Shown one piece after another: positions 41,511 to 51,991 of a stretch of 64,000 nt of DNA (position 1 is the first letter of the stretch; each line of letters opens with the position of its first letter). The notes under the pieces are model-generated. The model worked only from the letters and a program-made list of their open reading frames with translations. It was not told the DNA's origin and ran no database searches. Made by a program: the position numbers and the translations under genes. The stretch is from an uncultured Chloroflexia bacterium (lineage in GTDB: Bacteria > Chloroflexota > Limnocylindria > Limnocylindrales > CSP1-4), in assembly GCA_963768655.1 (NCBI GenBank), contig CAVYIM010000004.1:416001-480000 (forward strand). The letters run 5' to 3'.

Positions 41511-43709
41511 TCAGCTGGGCTCGGCCGCGGCCCGCCGGCTGGCCGGCCGCCTGACCTCGATGCCGGCGGCGGGGAGGTACATCCGCTCCGTGTACTCGTG
41601 CAGCATCCGCATCGTCGAGAACCGCCAGATCGTGCTGGCGATCGATCGCCGCATCTCGGCAGTCCAGCCGGTCGGCGTGTCGTCCTCGTCGCGGCCGTAG
41701 TAGAGCGGCACGACCTCCTGCTCGAGGAGCCGGTAGAGATCCTGGGCGTCGGCATAGTCCTGAGCGCCTTCGTCCGGATTCGTTTCGCGCCCGCCGATGG
41801 CCCAGCCGTTGTCGCCGACCCAGCCCTCGTCCCACCAGCCGTCGAGAACGGAGAGGTTCACGACGCCGTTGCACGCGGCCTTCATGCCGCTCGTGCCGGA
41901 GGCTTCCAGCGGCCGGCGCGGGTTGTTCAGCCAGACGTCGACGCCCTGGACCAGGAAACGGGCGACGCGTATGTCGTAGTCCTCCAGGATGAAGACCCGG
42001 CCGCGCAGCTGGGGCGAGCGCGAGCGGGCGAAGATCTCCTGGATCACGCCCTGGCCGGGCCGGTCGGCCGGGTGGGCCTTGCCGGCGAAGATTATCTGGA
42101 CGGGCCGCTCCTTGTTCCAGAGCAGCTGTGAGATGCGGTCCATGTCGGAGAAGATGAGGCGGGCTCGCTTGTAGGTCGCGAACCGGCGGGCAAAGCCGAT
42201 CGTCAGGGCACTGACGTCGAGGACGGATTCGAGCTCTTCCAGCACGCCGGGCGCCTCGCCGTGGCGGGCGAACTGATGGCGCAGGCGATTGCGGGCGAAG
42301 ATCATCAGCTCGAGCTTCTGGCGCTGGTGCGAGCTCCAGAGCTCGATGTCGGGGATCTGGTCGGTGCGCTCCCAGAAGCGCTCGGTGCCGTTGCGGGCGT
42401 CGAGGCTGTCGAGCTGGGCGCCGAGGTAGCGCTCGAACAGCTCGCCGACGGGCTGGCCGACCCACGAAGGGATGTGGACGCCGTTGGTCACGGCGATGAT
42501 CTGCTTGCCTCCCAGGCCCTGCCAGGTGTTGTTGGCGGTGACGCTGTGCAGCTTGCTCACCGCGTTGGCCGCGTTCGAGAGTCGCAGAGACAGAGCCGTC
42601 ATATCCAGCTGGCGGCCGTCCCCGTCGACGCCCCGAGCCAGGTCCAGGACCCGCTCGATCGGGACGCCGCCGGTTCCCTTCCGTCCGTCGCCGTCATAGA
42701 GCGGCCCGGCCACGCGCCGGACCAGGTCCGCGTCGAACCGCTCGTTGCCGGCGGAGACGGGCGTGTGGATGGTGAAGACGCTGTTGGAGCGGACGCGGTC
42801 CAGGGCCTCGTCGAGAGGCACTCGCTTTTCGACGAGGGCGCGGGTCCGCTCGACGAGCAGGAACGCCGAATGACCTTCGTTGAGGTGCCAGACCGCCGGC
42901 TCGATGCCGAGAGCCTTGATGGCGCGTACGCCGCCGGCGCCCAGGACCAGTTCCTGGTGGAGGCGCATCTCGCGGCCGCGGACGTACAGGATGTGGGTGA
43001 TCGGCCGGTCCGACTCGTCGTTGTCGGGAATGTCCGTGTCGAGGAGGAGCACCGGCACGCGGCCGACCTGGACGGACCAGACGGCGGCGGTGAGCATCCT
43101 CTCCGGCAGCTCCAGCTGGATGGCGAGCGGATCGCCGTCCGGGCCGACGACCCGCAGGATCGGCAGTCGCGTCAGGTCGTAGTCGGGGTAGGCATGCTCC
43201 TGGTGCCCGTCCGCGTCGATCGTCTGGCGGAAGTAGCCGTGCTTGTACAGCAGCCCGACGCCGATGAACGGCAGGGCCATGTCGCTGGCCGTCTTGATGT
43301 GGTCGCCGGCCAGAACGCCCAGGCCGCCGGAGTAGATACCGACGCTCTCGTGGAAGCCGTACTCGGCGCAGAAGTAGGCGATCGGACCCTTCATGGCGGA
43401 GCCGTACTCGCGGTTGAACCAGTGCTCCTTGCCGCCGGTCATGTAGCGGTCGAACTCGGCCAGGACCTGGCTGCACTCGGCCATGAAAGCCGGGTCGTCG
43501 AGCAGTTCCGACCAGGCGATCGGCTGCGACAGGACCTCGATCGGGTTGCGGTATCGCGACCAGGCGAGGCCGTCTATGCGGCTGAAGAGAGCCCGCGCTC
43601 GGGGGTTCCAGCTCCACCACATGTTGTAGGCGAGCCGCCGCAACCCCTCGAGCTGCGGAGGCAGCCGGAAGGATGCGCCCGGTAGAGTAGGAACGCGGAC
43701 AGGCTCCAT
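41511..43709 (-). CDS. glgP: Alpha-glucan (glycogen) phosphorylase
   Basis: [34 protein letters not shown] (PLP lysine). Confidence 0.96.
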   Translation of the reverse strand: MEPVRVPTLPGASFRLPPQLEGLRRLAYNMWWSWNPRARALFSRIDGLAWSRYRNPIEVLSQPIAWSELLDDPAFMAECSQVLAEFDRYMTGGKEHWFNREYGSAMKGPIAYFCAEYGFHESVGIYSGGLGVLAGDHIKTASDMALPFIGVGLLYKHGYFRQTIDADGHQEHAYPDYDLTRLPILRVVGPDGDPLAIQLELPERMLTAAVWSVQVGRVPVLLLDTDIPDNDESDRPITHILYVRGREMRLHQELVLGAGGVRAIKALGIEPAVWHLNEGHSAFLLVERTRALVEKRVPLDEALDRVRSNSVFTIHTPVSAGNERFDADLVRRVAGPLYDGDGRKGTGGVPIERVLDLARGVDGDGRQLDMTALSLRLSNAANAVSKLHSVTANNTWQGLGGKQIIAVTNGVHIPSWVGQPVGELFERYLGAQLDSLDARNGTERFWERTDQIPDIELWSSHQRQKLELMIFARNRLRHQFARHGEAPGVLEELESVLDVSALTIGFARRFATYKRARLIFSDMDRISQLLWNKERPVQIIFAGKAHPADRPGQGVIQEIFARSRSPQLRGRVFILEDYDIRVARFLVQGVDVWLNNPRRPLEASGTSGMKAACNGVVNLSVLDGWWDEGWVGDNGWAIGGRETNPDEGAQDYADAQDLYRLLEQEVVPLYYGRDEDDTPTGWTAEMRRSIASTIWRFSTMRMLHEYTERMYLPAAGIEVRRPASRRAAAEPS

Positions 43710-43909
43710 CTGTCGCGCATGATAGCCGACGGTGAAACGGGCAACGTTGCGTGTTTCCGGCCGCCGAACCGGCCGCGAATACGGCAGCTCGGCGATGCCC
43801 TCCGGCGCAGCTGCGACTACCATGACCGGACGCAGGGTCGATGGCCGCGTCGCCCTCACGCCGCACGACGCCTCGGCCCTCGCGCCGCCCCGAACATAGG
43901 AGCAACTGG

Positions 43910-45482
43910 ATGCGCGTCGTCTGCATCTCCGCCGAATGCGAGCCGTGGGCCAAGACGGGCGGGTTGGGGGACGTCGTCGACGCGCTGGCCCGGGCGGTGG
44001 CCGCGATCGGTCAACCGGAGCCCGCGGATTCGACCGTCGAACACGTGGTGCAGTCGCAGGTCTGGCTCGGCACGGGTGCCGTCATGGGCCAGGCGCCGGG
44101 CGGCGTAATGGCCCACGTCGAGCGACCCGTCGACGTCTTCCTGCCGTTGTACCGGGGCGTGCCCGTGCCAGATGGCGCGACGCGCACTCCGCTCGCCGTG
44201 CCCGACCCGCTGGCTCCCGAGGGCACGACGGAGGTCCACCTCGTCGAGTTCGAAGCGCGAGGCTATCGCGTCCGCCTGATCGACCACCCGCCGGCCTTCG
44301 ATCGCGAGGGCTTCTACGGCAACGACGATGGCGACTACCCCGACAACGGCTGGCGATTCGGGCTGCTGTGCCGGGCCGCGCTCGAGGCTCTCCTCGACGA
44401 CGACCGCCCGGTGGACGTGCTGCACCTCCACGACTGGCAGGCGATGCCGGCCGTCCTGCTGCGCGACGTCGCCTATGCCGGCTATCCGCGGATCTCGGGC
44501 GCGGCGGTCATGGTCACGATCCACAACCTGGCCTACCAGGGCTGGCTCTCGCGCGAACAGCTGGCGGGCCTCGCCGCGCCGGACGAGATCGCCCAGCTGG
44601 TGGGTCCGCACGCGGACGGGCTGTTGCTCCTGCGCGAGGGGGTCAAGCGGGCCGAGCTGGTGAACACCGTCAGCCCCGGCTACGCCGCGGAGATTGTGAC
44701 CCCGGCCTTCGGTATGGGCCTGGAGAACGTGCTGGCCGGCCTCGGCCATCGCTTCGGTGGGATCCTGAACGGCCTCGACACGGCCGCATGGGATCCGGCC
44801 ACCGACGAGGCGCTGCCGGCGCACTACTCGCGGGGCGACCTGGCAGGCAAGGCGGAATGCCGCCGGGCGCTGCTGACCGAGGTCGGATTCGATCCGGCCG
44901 ACGAGCGCGCGGTGCTGGGCATGATCGGCCGGCTGGATCCGCAGAAAGGCTTCGACCTGCTGGCCGGGGCGTCGAAGGATCTGCTCGTGGAAGGCGGTCG
45001 GATCGTCGTCCTGGGCACCGGCGACTCCAAGCTCATGACCGATCTGCGCACTCTCGCCAGGAAGCGTCCGGATGCCGTCGCGGTCATCGAGAGAATTCGA
45101 CCGGGCCCTGGCGCGGCGCATCTACGCCGGCTCGGACCTGTACCTGATGCCGTCGCGCTTCGAACCGTGCGGGCAGGGCCAGATGATCGCGCTGCGTTAC
45201 GGCACGCCGGCGATCGTCCACCGGACCGGTGGCCTGGCCGACACGGTCGTCGACGTGGACGCCTCGCCGGACGACGGAACGGGCTTCGTCTTCGAGGCGC
45301 CCAAGCCGGCGGCCCTGCTCGACGCGTGCAGCCGGGCGATGTCGCATTTCCACGCCGGCGGCCTGGCCTGGTCCGAGCTGCAGGACCGCGGCATGGCGAT
45401 CGACTGGTCCTGGGAGGCCGGGCCGGCGGACCAGTACGCGGCCTCCTACCGTCGAGCGATCTCGCTGCGAAAAGAGCGCTAG
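43910..45482 (+). CDS. glgA: Glycogen synthase, +1 frameshift near 45094 (probable sequencing error)
   Basis: KTGGLGDV, HLHDWQ, TIHNLAYQG, QKGFD; then PSRFEPCGQGQMIALRYG and TGGLADTV in the next frame. Confidence 0.92.
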
Positions 45483-45485
45483 ATC

Positions 45486-46907
45486 GTGCCCGAGGCACCG
45501 TGCGATCTGCTCGTCGTCGGGGCCGGCGCCGCCGGACTCACGGCTGCGCTGACCGCTGCCACGAGGGGCGGGCGCGTGATGGTGCTCACCAAGGGCCACG
45601 CCCCCGATTCTTCGAGCATGCACGCCCAGGGCGGGATCGCGGGCGCCGTCGGCGACGACGACACGGCCGCCCTCCATGCCGTCGATACGGAACGGGCCGG
45701 CCGGGAGCTGTGCCGGCCGAGCGCGGTGAAAGTGCTCACCGAAGAGGGACCGGAGCGCGTTCGGGAGCTCATCGCGATGGGCGTCCCGTTCGACCCGGAG
45801 CTGAGCCTCGAGGGCGGGCACTCTCGGCGGCGGGTCTCCAGCGTGGAGGGAGCCGCGACGGGATGGGCGGTCACGAGCGTGTTGGGCCGGCTGGCCGCGC
45901 GGACCGAGGGGATCGCCACGCGCGAAGCCACGAACGCACTGGCGCTCTGGATCGAAGGCGGGCGCTGCCGGGGAGTGCTGACGCCGGACGGCCCGATCCC
46001 GGCCCGGGCCACGATTCTCGCGATGGGCGGCGCGGCGGCGCTGTGGGCCCGCAGCACGAACCCCGAGGGTCAGATCGGCGACGGCATCGCCATCGCGTTC
46101 GCGGCCGGGGCGGCAGTCGCGGACCTGGAGTTCATGCAGTTCCACCCGACTGTTCTCGCCGGATCGCGGTTGCTCCTCACCGAAGCCCTCCGCGGGGAGG
46201 GTGCCACGCTGCTTGACATTGAAGGCCGGCGGTTCGTCGACGAGTTGGCGCCGCGGGACGAGGTCGCGCGAGCGATCGTCCGCAAAGGCCCGGTTTGGCT
46301 GGACCTGCGATCGATCGACCGGTCGCGTTTCCCGGGCCTGATGGTCGAGATCGAGAAGGCCGGCTTCGATCCGGCGAGCGAGCCGATCCCGGTCTCCCCG
46401 GCGGCTCACTACACCATTGGCGGCGTGGTGACGGACCTCGTCGGGCAGACGGATATCCCCGGCCTGTTCGCGGCCGGGGAAAGCGCCGCAACCGGCGTCC
46501 ACGGGGCAAACAGGCTCGCCTCCAACTCGCTGCTCGAGTGCCTGGTGTTCGGGCGGCGGGCGGCGCTGGCCGCCCTGGACGAGCCCGCGCCTCCGCCGCG
46601 GCTCGCCGCGCCGCCGCGGCCCGAGTTGCCGCCGCGGCCCGCCGCGCCTCCGCCGCCGCGGACCGCCTCGCAGGAATTGCGAGATCAGGTCTGGCGCGAG
46701 GCCGGGGTAATGCGCGACCGGGCCGACCTGACGGACCTGGCCCGTAGCCCGGACGTCGTGGCTTCGTTGGTCGCCATCTTCGCGCTCGCCCGCTCCGAAA
46801 GTCGCGGCGTCCATTACCGTATCGATGCCCCCATCGCCAATCCGGCCTTCGAAGGGCACTTCGTCCTCCGACCCGGGCACGAGCTGACACTGGAGCACTG
46901 GACTTGA
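45486..46907 (+). CDS. nadB: L-aspartate oxidase
   Basis: GAGAAG, AQGGIA, QFHPT, ELAPRD, HYTIGG, HGANRLASNSLLE. Confidence 0.94.
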   Translation: MPEAPCDLLVVGAGAAGLTAALTAATRGGRVMVLTKGHAPDSSSMHAQGGIAGAVGDDDTAALHAVDTERAGRELCRPSAVKVLTEEGPERVRELIAMGVPFDPELSLEGGHSRRRVSSVEGAATGWAVTSVLGRLAARTEGIATREATNALALWIEGGRCRGVLTPDGPIPARATILAMGGAAALWARSTNPEGQIGDGIAIAFAAGAAVADLEFMQFHPTVLAGSRLLLTEALRGEGATLLDIEGRRFVDELAPRDEVARAIVRKGPVWLDLRSIDRSRFPGLMVEIEKAGFDPASEPIPVSPAAHYTIGGVVTDLVGQTDIPGLFAAGESAATGVHGANRLASNSLLECLVFGRRAALAALDEPAPPPRLAAPPRPELPPRPAAPPPPRTASQELRDQVWREAGVMRDRADLTDLARSPDVVASLVAIFALARSESRGVHYRIDAPIANPAFEGHFVLRPGHELTLEHWT

Positions 46908-47833
46908 CCTCGCTCTCCGCCCCATCACCGGCCGCGGTCCCGCCGCCGCATTTCGCCCCGCCGCCCGCAGCCCGCAAGATCCGCCCGCCCGATCCGGCGG
47001 CGGTGGTTCGGGTCGTGGCTGCCGCCCTCGCGGAGGATCTGGCTCTCGGCGATCCGACCAGCGAGGGGCTCTTCGGGCCCGATGACACCTGCGAGACGAC
47101 GCTGCTGCAGAAGGAGCCGGGTGTGGTCTGCGGTCTCGGCGTAGTCGGCGGGGTGTTTGCCGCGCTGGATCCGTGGGTCGTCGTGACGGCGACCCACGCC
47201 GACGGCGACAGGATCGAGGCAGTCCCGGCGGAGGTGGCCCACATCGCCGGCCCCGCCCGCGCCGTCCTGGCCGGCGAGCGAACGGCGCTGAACCTGCTCG
47301 GCCGGCTGTCCGGGATCGCCACTCTCGCGGCGCGCTGCGTGGCGGAACTGGAGGGCACGGGGGCCGTGCTGCTCGACACGCGCAAGACCACGGCCGGGCT
47401 GCGGGAGCTCGAAAAGTACGCGGTCCGATGCGGGGGCGCGTCCAACCACCGCCTCAATCTGGGCGAGGCGCTTCTCGTCAAGGACAACCACCTGCGCCTG
47501 GCCGGTGGCATATCCGCGGCCGTAGCCCGGCTCCACGAAGTCCATTCGAGGCTCCGCCTGGAAGTCGAAGCGGAGACGCTCGACGACGTCCGCGAGGCGC
47601 TCGCGGCCGGCGTCAATCGGATCCTCCTGGACAACATGTCGATCGAGCTGATGCGCGAGGCGGTGGAGCTCTGCCACCACTCCGGCAACGGCGCGGTCGA
47701 AACCGAGGCATCCGGTGGCATCACTCTGGCCAATCTCCGGGCGGTCGGGGAGACCGGCGTCGACTACATCTCGATGGGCGCGCTGACACATTCGCCCCGC
47801 GCGCTGGACGTCTCGCTCGAGGTCGCCGGGTGA
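46904..47833 (+). CDS. nadC: Nicotinate-nucleotide pyrophosphorylase (carboxylating)
   Basis: DTRKTT, KDNH, LLDNM, EASGGI, GALTHS. Confidence 0.95.
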   Translation: MTSLSAPSPAAVPPPHFAPPPAARKIRPPDPAAVVRVVAAALAEDLALGDPTSEGLFGPDDTCETTLLQKEPGVVCGLGVVGGVFAALDPWVVVTATHADGDRIEAVPAEVAHIAGPARAVLAGERTALNLLGRLSGIATLAARCVAELEGTGAVLLDTRKTTAGLRELEKYAVRCGGASNHRLNLGEALLVKDNHLRLAGGISAAVARLHEVHSRLRLEVEAETLDDVREALAAGVNRILLDNMSIELMREAVELCHHSGNGAVETEASGGITLANLRAVGETGVDYISMGALTHSPRALDVSLEVAG

Positions 47834-48999
47834 GTTCGGCCGAAGGCGCCGACAAAGGGGCGTCCGGCCCGGCGTCGGCGCCCGAAACGGCCCCGGCGCC
47901 CGAACCGGTCTCGGCGTCCGGCGCGGTGTCGGCGGCCGAAACGGTCCCGGCGTCCGGCGCGGTGTCGGCGGCCGAACCACTGGGCCCCGGCCGGGCCACC
48001 GCGGCCGAATGCTCGGCGGCAGTCCGTGCCTCGGCCGCTCTCGCGATCCCCGTCGCCCCGCCCGGCGATCCCGCGACATTCCCGGCGCTCGTCACGGAGA
48101 TCCGCGCCCTCGCCCGCGAGCGCGACGCCGTCATCCTGGCTCACAGCTACGAGCGGCCCGAGATCCAGGACGTCGCCGACCACGTCGGCGACTCGCTGAT
48201 GCTCTCCCGAGTGGCGGCCACCGCGCCCCAATCGACGATCGTCTTCTGCGGCGTCTCGTTCATGGCCGAGACGGCCAAGATCCTCTCTCCGCGCAAGACG
48301 GTGCTCCTCCCGGATCTGGCGGCCGGCTGCTCCCTCGCTGACTCGATCACCGTCGAGCAGCTCCGGCAGTGGAAGCTCGAGCATCCGGGCGCGGTCGTCG
48401 TCTCGTACGTGAATACGACCGCGGCCGTCAAGGCGGAGAGCGACTACTGCTGCACCTCGGGCAACGCCCGGGCCGTGATCGAGGCGATCTCGCGCGACCG
48501 CCGGATCCTCTTCCTGCCGGACATGTTCCTGGGCTTGTGGCTGCAACGCGTGACCGGTCGCAAGCTCACGATCTGGCTCGGGGAGTGCCACGTCCACGCC
48601 GGCATTCGAGCCGCGGACGTCGAGCGCTGGCATCGCGATGAGCCCGGAGCCGATCTGCTCATCCATCCCGAATGCGGCTGCACCAGCCAGGTCATCGAAG
48701 CCGCCGGCGACCGGGCCCACATCCTCTCGACCGAGGGCATGGTCGCCTTCGCCGAACGTTCGAAGTCGGACAGCTTCCTGGTCGCGACCGAAATCGGCAT
48801 CCTCCACCGGCTGGCCCTGAGGGCACCGGGCAAGCGCTTCGTGCCGGTCAACCGCGAGGCCGTCTGCCAGTACATGAAGCTGGTCACGCTGGAGAAGGTC
48901 CGCGACTCGCTCCGCGACGGCGTCTACCCGATCGAGGTCCCGGCCGAAGTTGCGGCGAAGGCACGCCTGGCCCTGGAGCGCATGATCGCGATCGCCTGA
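47830..48999 (+). CDS. nadA: Quinolinate synthase with repeat-derived N-terminal extension
   Basis: ILAHSY, FCGVSFMAET; Fe-S cysteines in GCSLA, ECHVH and CQYMK. Confidence 0.95.
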   Translation: MSSAEGADKGASGPASAPETAPAPEPVSASGAVSAAETVPASGAVSAAEPLGPGRATAAECSAAVRASAALAIPVAPPGDPATFPALVTEIRALARERDAVILAHSYERPEIQDVADHVGDSLMLSRVAATAPQSTIVFCGVSFMAETAKILSPRKTVLLPDLAAGCSLADSITVEQLRQWKLEHPGAVVVSYVNTTAAVKAESDYCCTSGNARAVIEAISRDRRILFLPDMFLGLWLQRVTGRKLTIWLGECHVHAGIRAADVERWHRDEPGADLLIHPECGCTSQVIEAAGDRAHILSTEGMVAFAERSKSDSFLVATEIGILHRLALRAPGKRFVPVNREAVCQYMKLVTLEKVRDSLRDGVYPIEVPAEVAAKARLALERMIAIA

Positions 49000-49445
49000 A
49001 GCGGTCGAGTGTGGCCGGCCCGGGAGCCGGAGGCCTGCCAGCGAGTGGCTCGTTGCTGTTGGGAGTGGCCGACGCCGCGCCAGACCGACTCCCATAGTTC
49101 CGAATTCCCATCACGAGGACATTGGGCTTGAGCACCCTGGCCGGCCTCGCCGGTTCGACCCGATTTCGCGCCTGTCCGGGCACCTTCCGAGGCGCGGGTG
49201 GGGCTTTCTGGGCCATAGCGAGGCAAGTATCGGGGGGTGGACCAGATGCTCCGACGACGGCCGGATCCGACTTGCCTTACGTCCGCCTGATGGGAAATGG
49301 GAAATCGCCCGGTTCCGCGGGCGCAAACCATCCACCATGCCGGTGCCGCGCGGCCGTTGGCGTGCGGGGGCGTCACCCCACCGGGCGTCATTCGGCTCGA
49401 CGGTCGCTCGGCCGCTCGCGTCCACGCCCGCCTGGTTCGCCGCAG

Positions 49446-50024
49446 TCAGCTCGGGCGGCCGAGCTCGAGCTGGACCGCCTCCAGCTGCTCGACCTGGGCC
49501 AGGCGGGCGAAGACGTTGCCCGCCGACCTGTAGTGCTCTACCAGGCGCTCGTACTCGGTCGAGACCCAGGCGTAGTCGGGATGTCGGGCCTCCCATTCCC
49601 GCCGGAAGACCACGCCGCAGAGCCGGACCTGCATCAGCTCCTTGAGGCAGTTGAAGCACGGCTGGACCGTTGTGTAGAGAAAGGCGCCGTCCAGCGCCGT
49701 CCCGAAGCGCGCGGCGGTGAGCATGGCGTTCTGTTCCGCGTGTACGCACAGGCAGATGTCGTACAGCTTGCCCGACAGGCTGGCGTCGGGCTGTTCCCGC
49801 CGGATCGCACAGCGCCGGCATCCACGTTCGGATTCGGTGCAGTTCGGGTAGCCGGCCGGCGTTCCGTTGTAGCCGCTGCCCAGCACCCGGTTGTCGCGAA
49901 CGATCACGGCCCCCACGCGGGAGCCCATGCACTTCGCGCCGGATTCGACCACCATCGCCAGGCGCATGTAGAAGTCGTGGCGATTCCAGCCCGCGTCCGA
50001 AAGTTCGATCACGTCCGCTGCCAT
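49446..50024 (-). CDS. dCMP deaminase (ComEB-like)
   Basis: VGAVIV, GYNGTP, HAEQNA, PCFNC. Confidence 0.9.
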   Translation of the reverse strand: MAADVIELSDAGWNRHDFYMRLAMVVESGAKCMGSRVGAVIVRDNRVLGSGYNGTPAGYPNCTESERGCRRCAIRREQPDASLSGKLYDICLCVHAEQNAMLTAARFGTALDGAFLYTTVQPCFNCLKELMQVRLCGVVFRREWEARHPDYAWVSTEYERLVEHYRSAGNVFARLAQVEQLEAVQLELGRPS

Positions 50025-50278
50025 CGAGGCTCCTCGCTCGTGCGTCCGCTCCATCCCGGCCGATGGCGCCGGGCCGCCGGGCCGGTCGATGGCGCAACGC
50101 CCTGGCCACCACCGTTCGCGGCGCGCGGCCTGACCGGCGTGCCCGTCGAAGGTACACGAGCGAAGGCGGGCTCGCTGGGTCGGCGCTCCAGCGGCGATTC
50201 ATCTGCTTCGCGAGGGGGTCGCGCCGGTAGAATGCTACCGGCGTCAACGTGTGAGGCCGTTCTCTCGGGGGGCGATCG

Positions 50279-50908
50279 GTGTCGATAGTCCACCTGGCTG
50301 AGTTCTACGTCGTCCCCGGCCACGAGGCCGAGGTCGTGGGCTATCTGCGAAACGCCGTGCCGGGAAGCCGCTCTTCCGCCGGGTTCGCGACGATCTGCAT
50401 CGGTACGCGATTGCGCGGGCAGCGGCAGGAGCACATTGCCGTGGCGGACTGGCGAGACGAGCGGGACTACGCTCGTGGCACGAATCCGCTCGGCGTCCCC
50501 AGATACTTCTCTGCCAAAGCCGACCTTCTGAGCGAGCTGCGGTCCTCTGCATTCGACGCTTCGACGGCTATGGGCGAAGGGACGGGAGGCGCTCGGATCC
50601 TGCGCGTCTACAGGACCCACGTCGTCGCCGCCTCCCTCGCAGACTGGCACCGACGCACCGTGGAGCCGCTGACTCGTTTGTCGCAGAAGCAAGGGCTCCT
50701 CTACCTGCGGGCCGGCACGGGCCTCGCCGGGCCGGATGCACGCGGCGAAGTTCCGATTCTCATCCTGTGCGGCTGGCGAGATTGGGATGTCATGCTTGCC
50801 GCGACGGGCGGTCACATCGACCGGCCGGCCCAGGAGACCCATCTGGACGACCTGGAAGGCCCGAGCGATGTCGACCACTATGAGCTGATCGAGCCGGAAG
50901 AGCCCTGA
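50279..50908 (+). CDS. Hypothetical protein with two ABM-like (dimeric alpha+beta barrel) domains; paralog 1
   Basis: F.V.PGHEAE...WRD and RVYR...WRDWD...HYE patterns. Clear similarity to the downstream ORF. Confidence 0.7.
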   Translation: MSIVHLAEFYVVPGHEAEVVGYLRNAVPGSRSSAGFATICIGTRLRGQRQEHIAVADWRDERDYARGTNPLGVPRYFSAKADLLSELRSSAFDASTAMGEGTGGARILRVYRTHVVAASLADWHRRTVEPLTRLSQKQGLLYLRAGTGLAGPDARGEVPILILCGWRDWDVMLAATGGHIDRPAQETHLDDLEGPSDVDHYELIEPEEP

Positions 50909-51130
50909 TCGGCAGAGACCGCCCGAGAGCAGAGACCGTCCGATCCTCTGTCGTCGGCTGACGCTCCGGCCTGGCGCTGTCGGCCGCCTTTCGAGCGGGC
51001 ATAGTCGAAGGCAAGAGCGGGGTCCACACCAGGTAGCCCTCAAGTCGCATTGTATTTGTCTTGCGACCGAGTCAGACGGTTAGAATGCGGGCGTTCCCTC
51101 GCTGGGTCATGATCTCGGGGACGACCGACG

Positions 51131-51791
51131 GTGATAACCCACTTGCTGGAGTTCCGCGTGCTGCCCGGCCACGAGGCCGAGGTCGTGGGGTTTCTGCGCC
51201 ATTCCGAGACGAGGGAAGGCCGCTGCGCCGGGCTGATGATGCGATGCCTCGGACGGCGCCTCAGCCTGCATCGTCAGGAGCACATCATCGTCACGTGCTG
51301 GCGCGACGAAACGGCCTTCGCCGGCGGCACGGATCCCCTCGGAATGCCCGTCTCACTCTCCCCCAAGGCGGACCTTCTGAGCGATCGGCAGTCGTCCACA
51401 TTCCGCGTCGCGGCCGCCCTGGGCGACGGAACCGATGGTGTGCGCATCCTGCGCGTCTACCGAGCCGGGGTCGATGCCGAATTCCGTGGAGGAGTGGGCG
51501 AGCCGCGCCGTGGATCAGCTCCCGAGTTTGTCGGAAAGGGACGGCCTCGTCTGGGTCCGCGCCGGCCTGGACATCGCCGGCGCGGATTCCGGGGGCGAGG
51601 TATCGATCGTCGCCCTGTCGGCCTGGCGCGATTGGGACGCCGTGCTGACAGCGACCGGCGGACACATCGATCGTCTGGTCCAGTCAACCGACCTGACCGA
51701 CCTCGAACGTCCCATCGGCGTCAACCACTACGAGCTGCTCAGGCCGGACACGCGAACGCACGCGGATGAAGCGGCGAGGCGGGACGCGTAG
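51131..51791 (+). CDS. Paralog 2 of the double-ABM-like protein, +1 frameshift near 51481
   Basis: Aligns with paralog 1 across two frames (PGHEAEVVG, RQEHI, KADLLS, RILRVYR | RAG, WRDWD, ATGGHIDR, HYEL). Confidence 0.7.
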
Positions 51792-51832
51792 AGCGTCTTC
51801 GACGCGGCAGGGCCCGGACCCGCTCCGCCACG

Positions 51833-51960
51833 GCGCTGGCGCCCTGCAGCGCTGGCGCCCTGCAGCGCTGGCGCCCTGCAGTGCTGGCGCCCCGCAGTGC
51901 TGGCGCCCCGCAGTGCTGGCGCCCCGCGGCGAAGGCGCCCCACAGCGCTGGCGCCGCGGA
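51833..51960. repeat. 16-bp tandem array, 8 copies (GYGCTGGCGCCCYGCA)
   Basis: Three copies of variant A, three of variant B and two degenerate copies; no spacers. Confidence 0.92.
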
Positions 51961-51991
51961 GCGAAGGCCCGTCTCCGCCTCGGCGCCCGAC

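Noticed and set aside
43841-46216. 791-aa GlgA fusion protein
   Set aside because: Artefact of the frameshift near 45094; the tail is out-of-frame sequence over the end of glgA and nadB.
49446-50024. Anti-phage dCTP deaminase
   Set aside because: Short single-domain ComEB-type protein without the kinase-like module, and no defence-island context.
51833-51960. CRISPR array
   Set aside because: Contiguous 16-bp units with no unique spacers; no cas genes in the window.
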